DNA of 64,000 nt. Origin: Mayamaea pseudoterrestris (lineage: Eukaryota). The notes beneath the pieces are model-generated. The model did no database searches. It worked only from the letters and a program-made list of their open reading frames with translations, and had not been told where the DNA came from. Both the position numbers and the translations under genes were made by a program. The stretch is taken from NCBI GenBank assembly GCA_027923505.1, contig BROI01000009.1:744001-808000 (forward strand), read 5' to 3'. Shown piece after piece: positions 57,597-64,000 of this stretch (the stretch's first letter is position 1; each line of letters begins with the position of its first letter).

Positions 57597-60500
57597 ATGC
57601 AGAGCAATTTTTTCGGTAGGCTCAACACTCCTCCAGACGACAATCAGCCAGCTGTAGCTGCTGCTTCACTGCAAACGACGGAGACTACTGTTGCAAACGA
57701 CAAGGACTTGGAAGAGGCGCAGCAAAACTCGTTGCTGCACATGCAGTATCAATTCGCACTCCATGGCCTGACGTGCAGCGCCTGTTCCGGAGCCGTTGAG
57801 GAAGCTGTCACGACACTTCTCATGGAGAGTTACAACAACAATCAACGCAAGGAGAATGAAGAAGCACCAAGTAACGGCGACGGCCCTCCGACGATTCAAG
57901 TTTCTCTCTTTCCGGAAGCGACTCTGCGAGTAAAAAATATTCTGAAAGGACTTGTTTCGCCGTATCAAATCATTGAGACGATTCAAGACATTGGGTTTGA
58001 CGCGGAACTCACCAGTGAACAGGCTGCAGACACACTTAACACAGCTGCATCTTCCACTCTGCGAGTCGTTCTGTTTACGTTTACGAATGCAGAGACTGCT
58101 GAAAGGGCGTTTGCATCTTTGACGAAAAATCCCAAGGTTCAAAGCGTTCATCCAGTCGAAGATCAGCCGCAAGAGACCAAGCGAAATTGCAGTTATTTTG
58201 TTTGGAAGCCAAAGGGACGACGAAAATCATCAAAATACTTGGAGCTAGGCGAAGACAAAGGAGAGAGATTAGAAAGTACAGAGTTTGTAAGCTGCACGCT
58301 CCGTGTAACCTTTGACGAAACGTCGGGGATGGGCGTTCGAACGCTTTTGCGTGAGTTGCAAGAGCAGTTGGGATTCAAAAATTCACATGACGACGACATT
58401 GAAGTCCAAGACGCGCTGGGCTTTCAATGTAATCAAGAGGCGGTTGAAGCGCGGCGACGCGCAGAGGTTGCGCGAGTGCGTTGCGATTTTTTCTTTGCGC
58501 TGGCGCTCGCTGTTCCGGTTGGAGTTGTTTCCATGTTGCTTGGAATGATACCAAGAACCATGATGCTTGTCCATACTTATCCCTTTTGGCGGATTACTTG
58601 GCTTGAATTTATCACGTGGCTACTAACGACGCCGATTCAGTTCATTTCCGGCGCTCGCTTTTATCGAGAATCCTACTACTCGATCAAGTCGCGACACTTT
58701 GGAATGGGTTTCCTCATCTGCCTTGGTACTAGTGCGGCATACTTTTACTCGGTGGCTGCCACATTATACAACGCCATGCAGCCAGAAGGCACTGAGATGC
58801 TTGCCACGGCGTTTGAAACGTCGGCCTTTCTGATAACCTTTGTGATTCTCGGAAAATATCTGGAGCTCAAGGCAAAGTCTCGAACGTCGCGAGCCATTGC
58901 GAGTCTGGCGCAGCTCACTCCTCAGTCGGCAACCCTTGTAGGCACATGGAATCTTGATCTTGATCGAGAGGATTCCTGCGTCGAGGAGAGGATTAATTCT
59001 GTTTTAATACAACGTGACGATGTATTGTTGGTACGACCTGGCGAAAATGTTCCAATGGATGGCATTGTGGTGCATGGTGCCTCATCCATTGACGAAAGCA
59101 TGTTGACCGGCGAGTCTTTACCCATCGTCAAGCAGGCTGGTGACAGCGTTATTGGTGGAACTGTGAACCTGGATGGAGCGATCCGAGTTCGGGTAACAAA
59201 GGTGGGCAGTGATACAGCCATGGCGCAGATCATTCGCTTGATCGAATCGGCGCAGTCTACCAAGGCTCCGGTAAGCTTTAAAGAAGTGCTTATTCGCTTT
59301 TCTTCTATAATGAGAACTAAGTCTTATCCCGAATTGCATTTTTTATGCAGATTCAAGAATACGCCGACTGGTTGTCGGCACGTTTTGTGCCCGTGGTTCT
59401 GCTCATCTCTGTTTGTACCTTCATTCTTTGGGCAATCCTTCTGAATACAGCGGCACTTGATCACGTAAAAGGTAGCTGGTCGTATTTGGACCATGGGTTG
59501 AATGATTGGACGCTTCCACTCATATTCGCGATTTCAGTGCTGGTGATTTCCTGTCCATGTGCGCTGGGCCTGGCCACACCGGTAAGTCTTATTCGGATTA
59601 TGGTTGGTTCCAAGAATGATCGTCCTATAAATGTCTTATTGAAATCAACGTGTTTGTTTACAGACGGCAATAATGGTTGGATCAGGTGTAGGAGCCCGAA
59701 ACGGAATTCTTTTGAAAAGTGGCGAAGCGATTGAGCAATCGCGTGAGCTTAGGGCAATCGTGTTCGATAAAACAGGCACGTTGACCTTTGGCCGGCCATC
59801 AGTGCAAGACGTGTTACTCTTGTCGGATCGTTGTGCTACAATTTTCGACTCTTTTGTCGATGAAAAGGTTATGTCGCAAGTGCAGACAGCTGGTGGCGCA
59901 ACTATAATTGAGTCAAGCGTGAACCGTATCAAGACATTGGAGAACATATTTTTTCTGGCTGCAAGCGCGGAGCATGGCAGCGAACATCCACTCGCAAAAG
60001 GTGAGAGGAGTTCTATGGCACCTGACTTCTGTTTGAAAGGACGCGCGTCTGACATGTCTTATTTTCAGGAATTATCGGCAAGGCAGCAGACCTGGGCATT
60101 GGCGATGGACTTTCGCGACCATTAATTCGCCCGGATGACTTCGAGAATGAACCGGGCGCTGGTATACGCTGCACTATTAGTGGGCATCGCATTCATATTG
60201 GTAACCGACGCAGTTTGAAGACGAATGTTATTGCGTTCGGGACAGATGCCATGGACGCAATGGAATACCTAGAAACGAAGGGGCAAACAGCGGTCATTGT
60301 GTCTGTTGACGGTCAAGCCGAAGCAGTGATTGGTCTTATTGACAAGGCTAAGGACGAAGCGGCAACAACTGTTAATGTATTGAGACGGGGACTTGGAATT
60401 GACGTTTACATGCTGACTGGTGACAATATTCGGACTGCAAGAGTTGTCGCATCGGAGGTTGGTATCGCTCCGTCGAATGTGATTGCCGATGTGCTTCCAG

Positions 60501-61316
60501 AAGGAAAAGTTGATTGCATTAAAGCTTTGCAAGCAAAGTTTGGCGGTGGTGTAGCCATGGTCGGCGACGGAGTTAATGATGCGGCCTCACTGGCTTGTGT
60601 AAGTTTACGAGGATGTCAATGATTACGCGACGTCTGGCTGATATTTAAAAGTGCCTCTCGTTATTCTGCAGGCTAACATAGGAATAGCAGTCGCAGCTGG
60701 CACCAATGTCGCGATCGAGTCGGCATCGGTAGTACTCATCAATTCGAATTTGACTGATGTTGTCACAGCAATTCACCTGTCCAAGAGTATCTACAATCGC
60801 ATTCGCTTAAACTTTCTTTGGGCGTTTGGATACAACACTCTTGCCATCCCTTTGGCCGCAGGAGCATTTTATCCAATCATGAACATGGTCGTTCCTCCTT
60901 ATATTGCTGGATTGGCAATGATACTCTCTTCGCTCACTGTATTGTCATCGTCCTTGTTGCTAAATCAATATCAGCCTCCGAAATACGATAAGGAGTACAA
61001 GCGATTTGGCGACGGTGTGGCTTTATCAAAGGTGCACATGACTGCAGCTGGCCAAAGGGTGACGATTCAGTGCTGTGAAGGAATGCGGCAGGGAAAGCCC
61101 TGTTGCTGCCCGCCCGATGCTTGCTTCTGCGATGAATGTACGGAGCACGGGCGTACTTTGACAAGAGACGACGATTCATCGACTGTATCAAGTCAGATTG
61201 AAAGTAATTATCCTGGTTGCCAGTCATCCTGGGGCAAGCCCTGCAACTGCAAGGACAACTGTCGATGCGGTCCGGGCTGCAAATGTTGCCACGATGCAAC
61301 CAAACGGACGACGTAA
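57597..61316 (+). CDS. P1B-1 copper-transporting P-type ATPase with a Cys-rich C-terminal tail
   Basis: GLTCSAC, TGES, CPC, DKTGT, SEHP, GDGVND, GYN..AIP and MILSS (Cu+ type). Introns at 59271..59350, 59582..59663, 60001..60068 and 60599..60671. Confidence 0.95.
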
Positions 61317-61356
61317 ACGAAATAGCAGACTTCACCGAGTACTGAAAGTTAACTTA

Positions 61357-61985
61357 TTATTCAATTTGCCCACCTTTCAAAACAAGTATATGCCTATGGT
61401 TGATGTGAGGTAAAGATTGAAGATGAGGAGGATTCTTCCAATGCAAAAAGTCGCGAACGTCCTGTAGACGAGAGCGTAGCTCCATTTCTGCGTCAGCGAC
61501 ATCGTCCTCTGTGCAGTCTTCACCCAGTTTCCATCTTTTTGCATAAAGAAGTGACAAGCGTGAGCGAAGGTGATTGCCGTGAGACAACGCCTGATTAGCA
61601 CAATTTTTGCCGCAAGTTCATCATCTTGTCAGAAGTATGCAGCATAAGCTCGTCACATTCCCACTTACAAAATCCAGTGGCATACATTTTCGCCAACATG
61701 ATACGAAAAGGAGTTTTCCGCTAATACCTTCAAGGGTTGAGTGGACGATGGCCGAGGTACGTGCAAGAGTCCGTCATCTGCAACTGTCGGCACCAACCCA
61801 AACTTTTCGTAAAGTATGAAATCGTACATTGTCCTGTATTCTTTCAATACTCTTATCATGTGCAATTCATAAAGGTTTTGATGCTTCTTGGACCGCTTTA
61901 GTGCGTCAAGTTGATTGGTACTGACAATGCTTTGCAATTCGCTCCAGGTTGGCGGAGGGACTTCCTTGTATTCGGCACCATGCAT
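61357..61985 (-). CDS. DUF3605 / GIG1-like protein
   Basis: PTWSELQSIV...LKRS and LAENSFSYHV...HWIL|WKLG across intron 61668..61535, then WKNPPHLQSLPHINHRHIL. The start is uncertain (the ORF extends to 62198). Confidence 0.75.
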
Positions 61986-62451
61986 CTGGGTGGTGCTACT
62001 GCGCTGCCAACTGACGACTTGAACAAGATGCTTGATATTCAAAGCAGCATATATCATCGGAACGTTAAAGACCTGAAAGCCTGATGATATTTCTATTCTA
62101 GGAAAGAGCACAGTGAAGGCAGCCATGATTTGACTTCTGCGGCCGGCGCCGAGGACCATGTTGATGGATGTCCCTGCAGATGGTACGTGATACGTCACCG
62201 GGAGAACTAGCTCCTATTAGGGATGCCTTGTAGCGTTGTTTGTTTAAATTCCTTGCAAGATACTGTAGTTGCGTGCCGTGAAGGACGGAAGTGCCTGCAC
62301 ATGCAAGATTTGCGACGCGACGGAAAATGATCACCTGTCGGAGCGCAACTGAATCTGTCATAGCGGTAATCAGTCATTCGCGGCCCGCGCCGCTGCGCGC
62401 GATTTTGTCAATCCAAAAAAAAACGATCATCCGACATCCGACGGCGCAACC

Positions 62452-63816
62452 ATGGTGCAGGTCCATCGCCTCGCGACGCCCCGCAGTCGCACCAAGCCTC
62501 ATCTTGTATTGAATGGAACCAAAATACTTTGTGGCGTGATCGTTCTGATTTGCGTCATTCTCTTCATCGAAACGTCAACAAGCACGACGAGTCGACCTGA
62601 TGCTGCAGCTCGATCGTCCTTACTGCAGCTTCGCACGAAGAACGCCGATGACGTCTCGCAAAAGAAGGGATTAGCTACAGTTGCTTTTGCTGTAAGCATT
62701 ACCGGATGTGGTTCTGATCCGATCACGGAAGGAGCTGCAGTATTAATGCACTCCATTCATCGAGCATCAGTGCTCGGATCGCTTGGCGGAAAGTACGACT
62801 ACGACTTGTTTGCCATTTACCACCCGCAGGCTGCAGAATGTGCAAAGCCACTACAGAAGCTTGGGTGGAAATTGCTTGAAAGAGATGTTTTTGTAAAGGT
62901 TAGCGACATTAAAGGAGACTATCTGCGCGAAAAGATTGAATCAAATGGATGCTGTGGAGAAAAGGAACTGATCAAGCTTGAAGCGTATACGCTCACCGAC
63001 TATCCCATTGTCGTACACCTTGATCTTGATGTATTGGTATTAAAGCCCATGGATGACGTCTTTGACATGATGCTGGCGACAGAGCCAGTCGATGCGGCCC
63101 AATACTCGGACGTTTTGATGCAGTATCCACCGCAAACAACGCCTGCTCGCATCAACGCCTTCTTCACCTACGACTACAATATGGTCAGTCCTCACACGGT
63201 GCATAAACCAGTACAAGGAGGTCTGATCATTCTTCGTCCCGATTTGCACGTTTACGAGGAATTTCGGCAGATTGTTTTGGAAGGTGACTTTCGCTCGAGC
63301 CAAGGCTCAAACGGCTCTGGATGGGGCGGCAAAGTTGGGCCGTTTCACGGATCCATGACTTTTCAAGGCATTGTTCCATACTACTACAATGTTTTGCACG
63401 AGGGAAAGGAATCACTAGTTTTGAATCGCTGCGTCTACAACCAAATGTGTGACAATCCACGCGACCGTCCGACTAAAAACGATATCGTTTCCGGAACATG
63501 TCGAACGGGAGAAGCAGAATGCGAGGATTGTCGGTCTCGGCCGCTCGAGGACGTAGTGACGACGCATTTTACACTCTGCCAAAAGCCATGGTGGTGTCTT
63601 CCCCATACACAGGATGCGATACAGCACCGACTCTGTCAGAAGCTGACACGCGAATGGTATCGGGTGCGTTCTGAAATGGAACAGTCATGGGGTCGGTCTG
63701 GTCAAGGTGCAGGCAACTATATGCAGGATATTTTCTTTGGATATTGCCAGCACAGTGGCCACCAAGGGTACACACCTATTGGCGAACCATATGGAGCTGT
63801 CAGCAGCAAATTGTAA
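62452..63816 (+). CDS. Type II membrane glycosyltransferase, GT8-like
   Basis: N-terminal TM, ELIKLEAYTL, VVHLDLDVLVL (DxD), QGG, FQGIVPYYY and HFTLCQKPW. Confidence 0.8.
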   Translation: MVQVHRLATPRSRTKPHLVLNGTKILCGVIVLICVILFIETSTSTTSRPDAAARSSLLQLRTKNADDVSQKKGLATVAFAVSITGCGSDPITEGAAVLMHSIHRASVLGSLGGKYDYDLFAIYHPQAAECAKPLQKLGWKLLERDVFVKVSDIKGDYLREKIESNGCCGEKELIKLEAYTLTDYPIVVHLDLDVLVLKPMDDVFDMMLATEPVDAAQYSDVLMQYPPQTTPARINAFFTYDYNMVSPHTVHKPVQGGLIILRPDLHVYEEFRQIVLEGDFRSSQGSNGSGWGGKVGPFHGSMTFQGIVPYYYNVLHEGKESLVLNRCVYNQMCDNPRDRPTKNDIVSGTCRTGEAECEDCRSRPLEDVVTTHFTLCQKPWWCLPHTQDAIQHRLCQKLTREWYRVRSEMEQSWGRSGQGAGNYMQDIFFGYCQHSGHQGYTPIGEPYGAVSSKL

Positions 63817-64000
63817 TTGATGGTATTGCAACACTTGTTATACGCGAGCCAGGCAGAAACGGCGCCGATGAAGCACAACCTAAAGCATCCAACGTGTTTT
63901 CGCACTGCTTAAAGGTGCTTAATGACCGTCGACTACGACCAGACATTTGAGCCCTGTCTCGTTTCAGTTGCCATTTGGAAATAATATCCACGGCGACTGC

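Larger units (their letters stand above)
48120..58209 (+). repeat. 10,090-bp tandem segmental duplication, copy 2
   Basis: Matches 38030..48119. It diverges at 58210, where the intact ATPase continues (TTTGGAAGC-CAAAGG versus TTTGGAAGC-ACGAAAC). Confidence 0.97.

Noticed and set aside
38030..58209. Duplicated segments as LTRs or a transposon
   Set aside because: They contain only host genes and are directly adjacent, with no transposase, RT, integrase, TIR or TSD.
63800..64000. Minus-strand ORF entering from the right edge and overlapping the glycosyltransferase stop
   Set aside because: Too short and featureless to call; it may be the 3' end of a gene outside the window.
1..64000. The many short antisense or overlapping ORFs in the six-frame track
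   Set aside because: They are shadows of the real genes, with no recognisable motifs.

Overview
This is gene-dense eukaryotic nuclear DNA with short GT-AG introns (about 65-135 bp) and many head-to-head gene pairs. The gene content points to a diatom (inference, not proven): a receptor cyclase-like N-terminus, a diatom-type Cys/His protein family and a bipartite plastid-targeting-like presequence. About 30 protein genes are present, mostly housekeeping (RTF2, PP6, uL1, TMF golgin, SRP68, CDC23, ZMAT2, MnmA, GOS1, PARN, an SNF2 helicase, a GT8-like enzyme). Three features stand out. (1) A metal-homeostasis neighbourhood holds an FTR1 iron permease, a CTR copper importer whose N-terminus is a 2OG-Fe(II) oxygenase-like domain, and a P1B-1 Cu-ATPase with a metallothionein-like tail. 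(2) An apparently identical 10,090-bp tandem duplication (38030-48119 / 48120-58209) doubles the CTR fusion gene. It also creates a truncated, HMA-only copy of the Cu-ATPase at the junction. (3) A dispersed 42-bp minisatellite family occurs at three independent loci, always just upstream of a gene and in the same orientation as it; one array marks the duplication breakpoint exactly. No rRNA, tRNA, CRISPR array or transposase was recognised.
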